NCBI GenBank assembly: GCA_030390025.1
Contig: CM059433.1
Location: forward strand, 4,464,001 to 4,528,000
Length of the DNA: 64,000 bases
Reading direction: 5' to 3'
DNA from: Squalus acanthias
Lineage: Eukaryota
The translations under genes were made by a program, and so were the position numbers. Positions 45,138 through 57,494 of this stretch are shown piece by piece (positions within the stretch are counted from its first letter, which is position 1; the number at the start of each line of letters is the position of its first letter). The notes beneath the pieces were generated by a model, which worked only from the letters and a program-made list of their open reading frames with translations, was not told where the DNA came from and searched no databases.

Positions 45138-46561
45138 GGGGCCAGATCTAGCGGTGTGCGCTATTAGTTAGACTTTTTGCTGCACCCTTCAGCTCGAAAA
45201 TAATTTGCGCCGTAACTTGCTGAAAATGCGAACCTAGAACGTCACGGTGAGGGCAACGGGACATCTGGGACCTCAGTGAACGACAGGACCAACGGTCTAT
45301 CTCCTTAACCAATGAGATGTGTGGATTGAGAAAGAAACAGAGGAAGGACTGAGATGGAGGATGAATTAGAGTCAAATCAGCTACAGAAAGAGAAATAAAG
45401 GGAGGGAAAGAAAGGCTGGATTAAGAGAGAGAGCAAATGGAAAGGAAAAGAAAAGCATGTAGGGGGAGAAATTGGGTTGCTTTGCGCCTCTCGTTAGTAC
45501 CCCCGGGGGGCGCTAACGGGGCGCAAATCGCCAAGTGCCCAGGCGTGGTGCCACTAACGCCTCCGGCAAAATTCAGCCGGAGGTTAGCGACGGCGGTAGC
45601 CGGTAGCGCCCTCTTCGCTGCGCCGGCGACGATGACGTCATCACCTGTGCGCAGTGCCCCGCTTGCGCCCCGGCCGCAAACTTCCCTTGCAACCCCTGAA
45701 CTATCGCCGGGCGACGGGACCGACAGGATCGGGGGGGGCGGGTTTTGCAGCGGCGGTAGCGGGCGATGGCGCTGCTTAAACGGGCAGGTGTCGGGCGGCC
45801 ATTTTTATTTTGGCCAACTGCCAGCACCTGCCCACCGTTAACATTTCCACGCGGGGTGCCGGCCGCGATCACTTTCTTTTTCATTTTTTCCATTTCCATG
45901 GCGCCCCGCTCCCCGGTGATCCGGCGGGGCCCCGGTGAGCGCAGTGCTCGGCCCCTCCCCTTTAATCAGGGGAGGGAGGCCTGCAATACCGCGGCGCTAC
46001 GTGCCGACACACGTGGCGCTGCTGCACGAAGCACGGCGACATTGAGTAGTGGCGCCCCAAGGAGGAGGTGGAGCACCTTCAGTAGCGCCCCGCCTCCTTC
46101 TTGGGGCGCTACTACTGAATTCATGGGGGAGGGGCCCTAACTTTTTAGGGGCGCTAAAATTAGCACCCCGGCGAGGTTAGTGCCCCAAAATGGGTGCTAC
46201 CCAATTTTCCCCCCTTAAAAATTTGAAATGTGAAATTTTTAAATCTTCGCAAAGAATTAACTACATGCAGGAATGAGACTCAACGGTGTAAATAGTTCCC
46301 TTTCTGGGCCAGAGAGATTAATTGGCATTGCTTTAACAATTAACACATCATTAAAAGGGTAATTACGCTGTTAATTATGAGCCTTACCTTTCTGCAGCGA
46401 GTTTAACGGGCAATTAATGTACAAATCCAGCAAGTTCTTAAAAATAACGGGGAGGCTGAGGGCGCGGTGCCGTTTGTGTGAAGCAAACAGCGGAGCGGCG
46501 AAAATCCACCGGCGAGTTCTGAAGTTTGCAACTCACGGCCTGTCACCTCTTTCCCTGGCCC
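45138..46561. mobile_element. Non-autonomous TIR element (outer), interrupted by a younger MITE
   Basis: Short inverted termini GGGCCAG / CTGGCCC; the A-rich internal sequence is continuous across the inner insertion. Confidence 0.55.
45462..46214. mobile_element. ~750 bp CpG-rich Harbinger-type MITE (inner)
   Basis: TIRs GGGGGAGAAATTGGGT / ACCCAATTTTCCCCCC; flanks GTA / TTA (TWA-like TSD, one mismatch); repeated subterminal GGCGCTAA/TAGCGCC motifs. Confidence 0.85.
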
Positions 46562-46762
46562 ACTGTTCTTATTTTCATTCTGTTATCTAAAATATGTCAG
46601 CACTGCACTAAAACAGATTTGTGAATAGCGAATGTCAAGGGCAGCGCACGAGCCAAAACTCGATATTTTACACAGTGGCGGTACAACAGGAAGCAACTAC
46701 TCCCTGCTGCAGGGAAACTACTTTAAATTACTTGGAAAAAAATGGAAAGGAAGCCTACAAAA

Positions 46763-47364
46763 TATAAGAACAGAAGAAATAGGAGCAGGAGTCGGCCATT
46801 CAGCCTCTCGAGCCTGCTCCGCCATTCAATAAGATCATGGCTGATCTGATCTTGGCCTCTACTCCACTTCCCTGCCCGCTCCCCATAACCCTTGACTCCC
46901 TTATCGTTCAAAAATCTGTCTATCTTCACCTTAAATATATTCAGTGACCCAGCCTCCACAGCTCTCTGGGGAAGAGAATTCCAAAGATTCACGACCCTCT
47001 GAGAGAAGAAATTCCTCCTCATTTCCATTTTAAATGGGCGACCCCTTATTCTGAAATTATGCCCCCTAGTTCTAGATTCCCCCACGAGGGGAAACATCCT
47101 CTCTGCATCTACCTTGTCAAGCCCCTTCAGAATCTTATATGTTTCAATAAGATCCCCTCTCATTCTTCTAAACTCCAATGAGTATCGGTCCAACCTGCTC
47201 AACATTTCTTCATAAGACAACCCCTTCATCTCTGGAATCAACCTCGTGAACCTCCTCTGAACTGACTCCAATGCAAGTATATCCTTCCTTAAATAAGGAG
47301 ACCAAAACTGTACCCAGTACTCCAGGTGTGGTCTTACTAACACCCTGTACAGTTGTAGCAGGAC
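46763..47364 (-). mobile_element. Young CR1 LINE 3' fragment with open ORF2 C-terminus
   Basis: LVRPHLEYWVQFWSPYLRKDILALESVQRRFTRLIP...RGDLIETYKI...FFSQRVVNLWNSLP with no stops. Confidence 0.95.
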
Positions 47365-47389
47365 TTATAGAGGCCAATATAGATTTATA

Positions 47390-49736
47390 GAGGCCAATTT
47401 TAACTCGGATCTGTGTTGGGGAGGCCCGCAGTGGGCGGAGCTCCTGGAAGGCCCGCAGTGGGCGGTGGGCCTGGAAGGCCCGCAGTGGGCGGTGGGCCGG
47501 GAAGGCCCGCAGTGGGCGGTGAGCCTGGAAGGCCCGCAGTGGGCGGTGAGCCTGGAAGGCCCGCAGTGGGCGGTGGGCCGGGAAGGCCCGCAGTGGGCGG
47601 AGCTCCGGGAAGGCCCGCAGTGGGCGGTGAGCCTGGAAGGCCCGCAGTGGGCGGTGGGCCGGGAAGGCCCGCAGTGGGCGGAGCTCCGGGAAGGCCCGCA
47701 GTGGGCGGTGGGCCGGGAAGGCCCGCAGTGGGCGGTGGGCCGGGAAGGCCCGCAGTGGGCGGTGGGCCAGGAAGGCCCGCAGTGGGCGGTGAGCCTGGAA
47801 GGCCCGCAGTGGGCGGTGAGCCTGGAAGGCCCGCAGTGGGCGGTGGGCCTGGAAGGCCCGCAGTGGGCGGTGGGCCGGGAAGGCCCGCAGTGGGCGGTGA
47901 GCCTGGAAGGCCCGCAGTGGGCGGTGAGCCTGGAAGGCCCGCAGTGGGCGGTGGGCCGGGAAGGCCCGCAGTGGGCGGAGCTCCGGGAAGGCCCGCAGTG
48001 GGCGGTGGGCCGGGAAGGCCCGCAGTGGGCGGTGGGCCTGGAAGGCCCGCAGTGGGCGGTGGGCCGAGAAGGCCCGCAGTGGGCGGTGAGCCTGGAAGGC
48101 CCGCAGTGGGCGGTGCGTGGGGAAGGCCCGCAGTGGGCGGTGAGCCTGGAAGGCCCGCAGTGGGCGGTGGGCCGGGAAGGCCCGCAGTGGGCGGTGGGCC
48201 GGGAAGGCCCGCAGTGGGCGGTGGGCCGGGAAGGCCCGCAGTGGGCGGTGGGCCGGGAAGGCCCGCAGTGGGCGGTGCGTGGGGAAGGCCCGCAGTGGGC
48301 GGTGAGCCTGGAAGGCCCGCAGTGGGCGGTGCGTGGGGAAGGCCCGCAGTGGGCGGTGAGCCTGGAAGGCCCGCAGTGGGCGGTGCGTGGGGAAGGCCCG
48401 CAGTGGGCGGTGAGCCTGGAAGGCCCGCAGTGGGCGGTGGGCCGGGAAGGCCCGCAGTGGGTGGTGCTGTGGGAAGGCCCACAGTGGGAGGTGCATGGGG
48501 AAGGCCCGCAGTGGGCGGTGCGTGGGGAAGGCCCACAGTGGGCGGTGCGTGGGGAAGGCCCGCAGTGGGCGGTGCGTGGGGAAGGCCCGCAGTGGGCGGT
48601 GCGTGGGGAAGGCCCGCAGTGGGCGGTGCGTGGGGAAGGCCCGCAGTGGGTGGTGAGCCGGGAAGGCCCGCAGTGGGCGGTGCGTGGGGAAGGCCCGCAG
48701 TGGGCGGTGAGCTGGGAAGGCCCGCAGTGGGCGGTGAGCCTGGAAGGCCCGCAGTGGGCGGTGAGCCTGGAAGGCCCGCAGTGGGTGGTGAGCCTGGAAG
48801 GCCCGCAGTGGGTTTTGAGCTGGGAAGGCCCGCAGTGGGCGGTGAGCCTGGAAGGCCCGCAGTGCGTGGTGAGCTGGGAAGGCCCGCAGTGGGCGGTGAG
48901 CTGGGAAGGCCCGCAGTGGGCGGTGAGCCTGGAAGGCCCGCAGTGGGCGGTGAGCCTGGAAGGCCCGCAGTGGGTGGTGAGCTGGGAAGGCCCGCAGTGG
49001 GCGGTGAGCCTGGAAGGCCCGCAGTGGGTGGTGAGCTGGGAAGGCCCGCAGTGGGCGGTGAGCCTGGAAGTCATGAGGCGAGTAAGGCCTGACCAATTTT
49101 AACGGCCGAGCCTCATATAAATGTTTTTGAAATCTGTGTCCTGATGAGGTCCGGGGTCAGTGGGCAGGAGCAGGACTGGGGGCTGGAGGCGGTGCCTCTG
49201 CTGACCCATGGGAATGGTATAAGGGAAGTACTGGGGAGGTTTGCTGAGCCGATACCGTCCGGTAGAGGATGATGAAAGGCCAGGGCTGCGAGGACGAAGG
49301 ATTCCACGTGGGGTCCAGGGGAGCTCTCCTGCTCTTCTTGGCCCACAAGGATTCGACATACAAGTAACATTTTTTTTTTAAACTTACCTTGGCCTCTTCC
49401 GGCCACTCCTCGACTCCCGTCTTGGTTCGACTACTGGAGTTAGCTCACTGCTGGCCTCCTGAATGCCGAGGTTAAAATGCTGTTGTGGCCCCGATGCTGT
49501 CATCAGGCCGTGACTTCTAGATTTAATTCAGGCCCCCCCCCCCACCCCACCGCCGCCCCCCCCCCCCCCCCCCCCCCCCCCGCCTCTGGAGATCCCAGCC
49601 GACTTTAAAGGCGGTGAAAATCAAATATCGGCGGGAGGGAACGGTGCAGCTTCTGACTGGTCAGTGGACTCGGACGATTTTAACCCCTCCCACGCACCAT
49701 TCCCAACGGGTGGGGCAGGGATTCAAATCAACCCCC
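47390..49736. mobile_element. Probable MITE-type element hosting the 27-bp minisatellite and a poly-C tract
   Basis: Degenerate inverted termini GAGGCCAATTTTAAC / TTCAAATCAACCCCC; GC-rich body; poly-C at 49533-49581. Confidence 0.5.
47419..49070 (+). repeat. GC-rich 27-bp minisatellite, ~61 copies (GGAAGGCCCGCAGTGGGCGG + variable ~7 nt)
   Basis: Direct inspection; strict 27-bp period with no evident indels. Confidence 0.98.
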
Positions 49737-49975
49737 TAGTCAGAATATGCCCCTGTGTGTGACTGCAGCAGACCTGTGGTCTGAAAGCTTTTTAAAAAAA
49801 TATATAAATATAAAAAATGTATTTGAATTTTTTTTAAATTGACAGAGCCTTGTCACGAGAATGGAATATTCTCTTGTTTACAGCACACATTGTTTACCAA
49901 ACATCTGCCCGCTCACTGACTGTGTCCTTTGATGTCAAACTCCGTCAACAATTTCTAATGTGTGGTATAACCATT

Positions 49976-50430
49976 AGAAATAAAGACTTGCATTTACATA
50001 GCATCTTTCACAACCACTTTACAGCCAATGAAGTACTTTTGAAGTGTAGTCACTGTTGTAATGTGGGAAACGCGGCAGCCAATTTGCGCACAGCAAGCTC
50101 CCACAAACAGCAATGTGACAATGACCAGATAATCATTTTTTTTTGTTATGTTGGTTGAGGGATAAATATTGGCCCAGGACACCGGGGATAACACCCCTGC
50201 TCTTCTTCAAAATAGTGCCATGGAGATCTTTTACATCCACCCGAGAGGGCAGACGGGGCCTCGGTTTAACATCTCATCCGAAAGGGGCACCTCCGATAGT
50301 GCAGCACTCCCTCAGTGCTGCACAGGAGTGTCAGCCTAGCTTTATGTGCTCAAGTCTCTGGAGTGGGACTTGAACCCACAACCTTCTGACTCAGAGGCGA
50401 GTGTGCTGCCCACTGAGCCACAGCTGACAC
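49976..50430 (-). mobile_element. DeuSINE (SacSINE1-like), full length
   Basis: Reverse complement of the 7985-8454 copy. Confidence 0.93.
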
Positions 50431-51397
50431 TGTGAAAGCTCATTCTGAATCAATACAGTACAGATTTAAAATGTAATTTCTACTTAGAGCTCTCCTGTGC
50501 CATTGCTGACAGAGCATGAACCAGTTTGTGGGCAGTAATCAAGAATAACTTTCTTTGCACCGTAAAATTTTACATATAATGGGAAATTCAGTGCTCCCAT
50601 GCGCCCAGTATAGAGCCAGACACAAAGGGAGTGTGGGTCGAAGAGAGGGCGACAACGTTGTGGCTGTAAGACTATGAGCCGCGGTCCCTTCGAGCGGACT
50701 CACTGATGGGAAGTGTGGGAGTGTGCAGCATTTACCCTTCAATAACAAAATATACAAATAGTTACTGAATTTTCAATTCTTGTTAAATTTAGTCAACTAT
50801 TCTTTTAAAAAACTGAAACGTGGACTGAGGTTCTTGCAGCAGTTATCAAGTTCTTAAGCTGCACTTATACCAGTCCAGCTGGCGGCTTCTCTTACAGCAG
50901 GGCGGCGGGGGGGAGGGAATCTAACCTGGAGGAGCGCGTGGGGTTGGGGGCGGGCGGGGGGTTAAATTCGGCAAGTGTGTCAGGAAGCCGGGTCCAACCC
51001 GCCGATTTCCGCCTTTCACTCGAGCGTGTTAGGCTGCGTGCACGCGACCCCCCTCGGGAGAGACGGGTTGTCAATTGACGTATGTTAATTGCTCAAGTGT
51101 AGTGATATTGACATGGGTTTTGTACATTAACTTTGGGTACACGGGTTTCCTGGAAATCGCCAGTGAAAGCAAGGCGAGAACACGGCCGCAATTGACGGGG
51201 GGTGCTGAATCCCTGACGTGGAAACATGCCATTAAATACTCAGTACTCACAGCTGCTTTCCTACCTGCTTGTATGAAAGGGTTTGTTCACAGTACTTGTG
51301 CTGAGAGGTTACTTTACACACTTTGGAGGTCTGATCTGTACTTTAGAGCTCTGATCAGATCAGGGTGCCGCTTATGCTGCCTTAGATCGGACCTCAG

Positions 51398-52380
51398 ATG
51401 AGGAGGTATGCTGCTGCTGCTGTAGTTAGTAGCCCACTGCTCACAGGCCTGCAGCTCCACAGGAGAGAGGGGGGGAGGAAGCAGAGAGCTACAGCTCGCA
51501 GGAGGCCATACCCGACACACAGGGACTGCAGGCAGAGGATAAGTTTCATCGACGTGTCGGGACCCCAGTGTCTCAGGAGGCTCAGGGTGTCGCGTCAGGT
51601 GGTGCTCGACATTTCCAGACTGCTGGAACAAGACCTGCTGCCAGCTGGACCTGGTGGCCACACTCTACTAGTGGCTGCCAAAGTCACCACCGCCCTCAAC
51701 ATTTTTTACCTCTGGATCCTTCCAGGGATCTACTGGAGACATTTGCAGGATTTGCAGTCGGTGGCCCACAAATTCATAAGACTGGTGACTGATTGCTTCT
51801 TTGCCAGGGCCGCCAATTATGTCAACTTTGCATATGACGACGCCAATCAGAATGAGCGGGCGCTCGGGTTTGTGGCTGTGGCTGGCTTCCAACAGGTGGA
51901 GGGCGTCATTGACTGCACGCATGTTGCAATTAAGGCACCCCCAGATCACCCAGGTGTATTCATCAACCGCAAGGGCTTCCACTCCATCAATCTGCAGCTG
52001 GTGTGCAGCCACAAAAATATCTTTATGCAGGTGTGCACAAGATTCCCCAACAGCTGCCATGATGCTTTTCTCCTGCGGCAGTCTACCCTCCTTGATCTCA
52101 TCGCACCTCGAAGCAGACTTAAGGGATAGGTGCTTGGAGACAAGGGATACCCACTTAAAACGTGGCTCATGACACCTCTCAGAAACCCGAGGAATGAGGC
52201 CCAGGAATGATACAATGAATGCCATATGACCACCAGGTGTGTCATAGAACAAGCCATCGGCATGCTGAAGATGCGCTTCAGGTGCCTGGACAGATCTGGA
52301 GGTGCCCTTCATTGCCCACAAGCCAGGGGCTCCAGAATGGTCGCGGTGTGCTGCTCCTCAGCAGTGAGGTTTGGACCTGT
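51398..52380 (+). pseudogene. PIF/Harbinger DDE transposase (HARBI1-like) pseudogene
   Basis: CLRRLR, KVTTALN, SGSFQ (shifted frame ~51705-51755), GVIDCTHVAI, NRKGFHSINLQLVC, CHDAF, LGDKGYPL..WLMTP, YN..H..TRCVIEQAIGMLKMRFRCL; stops at 52127 (TAG) and 52208 (TGA). The GC-rich 50.9-51.3 kb flank is probably the element 5' region. Confidence 0.93.
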
Positions 52381-53003
52381 AGGAGGAACAAGGCGCAGAG
52401 CACAGAGCCTCTTTGGGTGATTCCAATTCCGAGGAGGAGGGGGAGAAGACAGTCAGCGGCTCAGTTTATCTGTTGTGCCAATGATTCATTGGGAGCCGCA
52501 ACCTAGAGTAGTAGAATCTCAACTAGGTTGGAACTGACTGACATATGCTCTTAGGTTCCCTTTCCTAGCGTGTGGGTTTGTAACCACCAGAAAATGGATT
52601 AGGGCAGTGACATACTTCTCTATGGCACTGAACCATCCCTCCTCAGAGGCCAACCAAGAAGGTACTTTACAAAAACTGAATTCTAGCAAAATTCTTTTCA
52701 ATATCTAAGCCAGCTCACTGATGTACTAAACAATCAAGGAATATTTAACCAACTCAAGTACCAATAGGAACAGAAAACTATTACACTAGACTGCTTTATT
52801 GCTCTTGATAGTCACCAGAAAGCACTCAAAGTTTGATAAGTTAAGTTGGTCTGTTCAAACCCATCATTCGGTAATTATTACCATGCAATTGCAATCATTA
52901 ATGAACAAGTAACTGCCAGCAGATCAGAACAGTTCTCAGTCACTTAAAAAATCCTGTTTATTTTTTGATTATCATATTAAATACATTAAAACATAGATTT
53001 TAC

Positions 53004-53276
53004 CCGCACAGATTTTACCCACGACCAAGTAGACTCTGTTGGACTCCCGCTGTACTTAATTTCTTCTTCGTTTTCTTCTTCTGTCATTTTCTTTTCATAT
53101 TTTCCCAGTATGATTTACAAAATCCAAGTTAAGTACAGGTCCTGGCTTCTAAGCTCTGGCAGAGCAGCGTGGGCTCTGAGGAAATCTTGCGTACTGTATA
53201 CCCAGCAGGTTGTTGATCTTGTTTACGTGCTAATTTTACACGACCATGTTCAAGGAATGGCCATCCAAGCAGAAAC
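53004..53276 (-). other. Candidate host exon with start codon (MTEEENEEEIKYSGSPTESTWSWVKSVR)
   Basis: Acceptor cctgactccctgctcag|G at 53276, upstream in-frame stop, ATG at 53087, weak donor CGG|GTAAAA; no homology recognised. Confidence 0.25.
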
Positions 53277-54013
53277 CTGAGCAGGGAGTCAGGCTGCAGT
53301 CATTACTGCCCCGACCCCGAAGATATTCCAGAGTCACAAAGTAACAAGTTAAGCTGCACTTTTAATGGAAGATGATAAACAACCTAACAAAAAAAAAAGT
53401 CTTAAAAAATTAGTTCAAGTTTTTATTAAATATGACTAATTTCAGGCTTGGTAACGTCACACTCCTCTGGAGACCTCAAGTTGGACAACCTTCCAGTATC
53501 GCAGGATACAACTAGGGCACTCAAAGCAGTGCAAACTCTATCTAATTCATAATGTGAGGGAAGGGAACCAAAGAAAATAATATACAAAGCACTGAATAAA
53601 AACACAAATTAATTGTGATTTAATTTTCATGATTATTCGATCACGTCATTGTAAAGAATGTTTCAATAGCTGCAAACAAAGTTGTATAAGTGATATTTCA
53701 CTGCTAACAGATGTCCTTTGCAAGCATTGTAAGGCAATATTGCCTATTGGTTAACGTAATAAGACCAAATGAAAGGGCTCATTCACAACTCAAAAGATGA
53801 AAACAAGGCCGGAGACCAAAACATCTTAATCCAAGTGAAAAAACACAAAGGAGGCATCACATGGCAAATGTGTGAGTCTAATTCAATGCTGCTTTGAGGA
53901 TTTGTTTATAGTGTCGCAGCTGCTGATAGGGTGTGCATTATTTACTCAAGTTCTGTTTTATTGTGGCTGTGTTACTTTATACTTGACTCACTCAGGCTAT
54001 AATATGAGACCGA

Positions 54014-54124
54014 GGGGGCGAATTTCCTCACAGCTCCTCTCGTTCCACTGTTGTAACTTTGGCAGAAGTTCTGCCGCGAGCCCGTTTACACACGTTAAGG
54101 TGGTGGAGCAGGAGAATTCACCCG
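54014..54124. mobile_element. Short TIR element remnant
   Basis: GGGGGCGAATTTCCT ... AGGAGAATTCACCC. Confidence 0.45.
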
Positions 54125-54849
54125 GAGGTGTTGGTGTAAACGTGGGGTGGTTGAGAGAGTGAGAGCGAGAGAAGCTCCCCAATCGCTATTCAAAGCAAAA
54201 TGCATTCTTTCTCTACACACTTCCTATTTCACTACAAATACTAAGCAAAAGAAAGTTCCCACCACATCTGTGTCTGGTAATTGAGTACCTGAGGATTACT
54301 AACCTTTTTCTCCTGTGCTTTGGATAAATTGTGTCTTTTTTTGAGCTTGAACATTATTCTTTATTCAATGGTGTGAGGTACTGAAGTGCTGTTCATACCA
54401 GCAAATATAGTTGAGCGTTATTTGATGGCGTTTGTAGCAAGTCTTTCCCCCTCCCCACTCCAGTTCATGGAGTAACACTGCACAAAAGAAAAGACACAAA
54501 GTTCATTGCGAATAGTATGAGTGTAAAGAACTTTTTTTATGAGATAAACATTCCTCTGTGAGACTTGCAATTCAATCAAAGGTTGGTCTAATACTTGCTT
54601 TGCAACTTTTGCTTTTGTGTTTGATATTCTCTTGGTGCAACATCACTGGTCACTGCCATAAGTGGACCTCTTGTCTTCTATGACCTGAAGTGCATCTTTT
54701 TCTGACCAGTATCGAGGTAAACGACAGCGTGGCCCAAGGATGGTAACAGAGAACCGTTTCTCTGTACACAACTGAAACCTGACATGTGAATGCTGCTCTC
54801 TTTGCAGAAGGTCGACTGAAGCAAAACACCCAGACAAAACACAGCTTGA

Positions 54850-54993
54850 GACCATCAATTTCCTCGGAACTGCTCCTGGTCTGCTGCCACAAAGTCGCCG
54901 GAAGTGTGGCCGAACTCTCACCGAGGTGCCGAAATAGCGTTTCCACCGCACTTCTGGCAAAGCACCGGTGGCAGCTCCCAGGAAATTCAGGGC
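54850..54993. mobile_element. Short (~145 bp) TIR element
   Basis: AATTTCCTCGGAACTGC ... GCAGCTCCCAGGAAATTCAGGGCC inverted pair. Confidence 0.55.
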
Positions 54994-55900
54994 CACGAAT
55001 ATATAAATGACCAGAATACAGTTTTCGCCATGAGAACGATCAATTTTCCTACGCTCTTCGATGACGATAAATTAATGTACAATTTATCAACTCTATAAAC
55101 ATGGGCTCACCTTCACTAGCTTCACCTCTGAAAGTTAAACTGGCTCAGGCTTCTAATAATACCCCATACCAGAGCGAGCGAGAGAGACAGACTGACAGAC
55201 TCTAGGAACTGCCCCTCTTCGTCTGAGATGGACTGGCTCGGCCCATTGAGCTGAGCCATGGTTACAATTCTACGGTGAACACCTACCTTTTGATGTAAGC
55301 TTCCAAACATCTGCCTTAGCTAAGCCTCTGCATGTACGAATGGAACGGACTGCTGCCTGGTCCTTCAGATGTTGCAAACAGCCATATTCTCAAATGTTTT
55401 GAGATTGTATAAAAGGACCCTACCTTTGTCTATTAACTAGCATGCCAACTCACTACTGTGGTGACGAGTTTCAAGCTTTTGATCTAATGTAAGAAAGCGC
55501 ACTACAGACTTAATTCAACCTTGTAAATGGTGGGCCAAAACATGAGTTTGCAAAATGAAATGCAGAACGTGCACATTTTTGACAAAAGGTAAATGAAACT
55601 GAATTCTTCCCACTTACATATTGTAGCATTTGTTCAAATTTCTTCGAAGCTTTCCATACTTTGCCCCATTACTTGACAAAGTTATGGTCTGCTGACCTGC
55701 TTTCAGGTCTCTGCTAACTCGGCCAGCGGTTCAGAGGGTCGGAGGAGCAGCGGGACAATGTACCCTGTGAGGTTCTCACCCTGCTGCAGGGAAGCATCTC
55801 TTTTTGGTTTCTGATTGGGAAATTGCCATGTGTAAAATGACTGGGGCAAAGGCACATCCGATCGCTCTGTGGTTCTGTGTGTCATTTCATGAGTATATTA

Positions 55901-56313
55901 GTGTCAGCTGTGGCTCAGTGGGTAGCACACTCGCCTCTGAGTCAGAAGGTTCGTGGGTTCAAGTCCCATTCCAGAGACTTGAGCACAGAAAGCTAGGCTA
56001 ACACTCCAGTGCAGTGCTGAGGGAGTTGCTGCACTGTCGGAGGTGCCGTCTTTCGGATGAGACGTTAAACCGAGGCCCCATCTGCACTATTTCAAAGAAG
56101 AGCAGGGGAGTTATCCCCGGTGTCCTGGCCAATATTTATCCCTCAACCAACATAACAGAAAAACAGATTATCACATTGCTGCTTGTGAGACCTTGCTGTG
56201 TGCAAATTGGCTGCTGCGTTTCCCACATTATAACAGTGACTCCACTTCAAAAGTGCTTTGAGACATCCGGTGGTCGTGAAAGGCGCTATATTAATGCAAG
56301 TCTTTCTTTCTTT
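55901..56313 (+). mobile_element. DeuSINE (SacSINE1-like) with small internal deletions
   Basis: A/B boxes, Deu core missing the CTCTCAGGTGG...GATCCCATG stretch, standard tail. Confidence 0.92.
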
Positions 56314-56575
56314 TATATTAACCCCTTGCCACATGCAAATATCCATAAGACATACCAATGATTACATACCAATAGTTGGCTCTCTGAATATATTCATGCC
56401 AGCCAATCAGTAATGGATGCACCTGTAGGCACGAATATTTGGTCTCATTAGTTAATCAACCCCTATAAAAAAAAAGTGATGTCCTTAATTTGGTAAGACC
56501 ACATGCACAGTGCATCCCTGTTTAAGTATTTTGTTAATAGACATAGAACTGAAAGTTTTAGTTTAACGAAGGTGA

Positions 56576-57080
56576 ATCACCTCTGCACCCTCTCCAATGC
56601 AATCACATCCTTCCTATAGTGTGGCAACCAGAACTGCACACAGTATTCCAGCTGTGGCCTAACTAGCGTTTTGTACAGCTCCATCATAACCTCCCTGCTC
56701 TTATATTCTATGCCTCGGCTAATGAAGGCAAGTATCCCATATGCCTTTTTAACCACCTTATCTACCTGTCCTGCTGCCTTCAGGGATCTATGTACATACA
56801 CACCAAGGTCCCTCTGATCCTCTGTCCTTCCTAGGGTCCTACCATTCATTGTGTATTCCCTTGCCTTGTTAGTCCTCCCAAAATGCATCACCTCACACTT
56901 TTCAGGGTTAAATTCCATTTGCCACTGTTCTGACCATCTGACCAACCCATCTATATCGTCCTGTAGCCTGAGGCTTCCCTCCTCGCTATTTACCAGCCCA
57001 CCAATTTTTGTGTCATCTGCAAACTTATGATCATACCTCCTACATTCATATCTAAATCATTAATATACACTACAAACAAC
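56576..57080 (-). mobile_element. CR1 LINE ORF2 internal (RT) fragment
   Basis: KFADDTKIG region near 57020 then WSEQWQMEFNPEKCEVMHFG...LVRPQLEYCVQFW. Confidence 0.93.
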
Positions 57081-57494
57081 TGTGTTGTTAAAAGAACTTA
57101 CGCCAAGTTGATACCACATGGCCAAAAAAATTAAACAAACATAAAAATCCATATAGATTGAGATTTCAGAGCACTCAAATAACGCTCCTGTTGTCATTGG
57201 TTGTACAAAGTCAATGAAGTTTCCACATTACACACAATTCTGCCTTATATCCTATAGCTTCTGTGAAATGAAAGAGGATTGAGTAACGGGGTGAAGATGA
57301 TCTCTATCTAACCTTCGGTGCAGCAGCTGAACATTTTAATGACTTTTCTCTAGATCCCATTAAAATCTACATTTCATCTTAGAGTGCCATCCAATTATAA
57401 CTCAGTTAGTTTGCATGTTGCCCTGTCCATCTTAAAGTCACAGACCCAGTGAGTTGAGCAACAGCATAATGCCTGGTGCTGTGGTTATGGTGAT

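Noticed and set aside
47419..49070. CRISPR-like constant/variable pattern
   Set aside because: The variable part is only ~7 nt and reuses a few alleles; vertebrate context with no cas genes
47210..49102. Five overlapping 378-628 aa repeat ORFs, including a collagen/elastin-like GRPAVGG repeat
   Set aside because: Expected from a GC-rich 27-bp unit divisible by three; open on both strands; no signal peptide or unique domain
51398..52420. Host HARBI1 gene
   Set aside because: In-frame stops and frameshifts mark a decayed transposon copy, not the domesticated gene
3585..52420. One giant Harbinger element spanning the Myb gene and transposase
   Set aside because: The two are 45 kb apart, and a terminus-like sequence at 6337 lies between them; separate insertions are simpler
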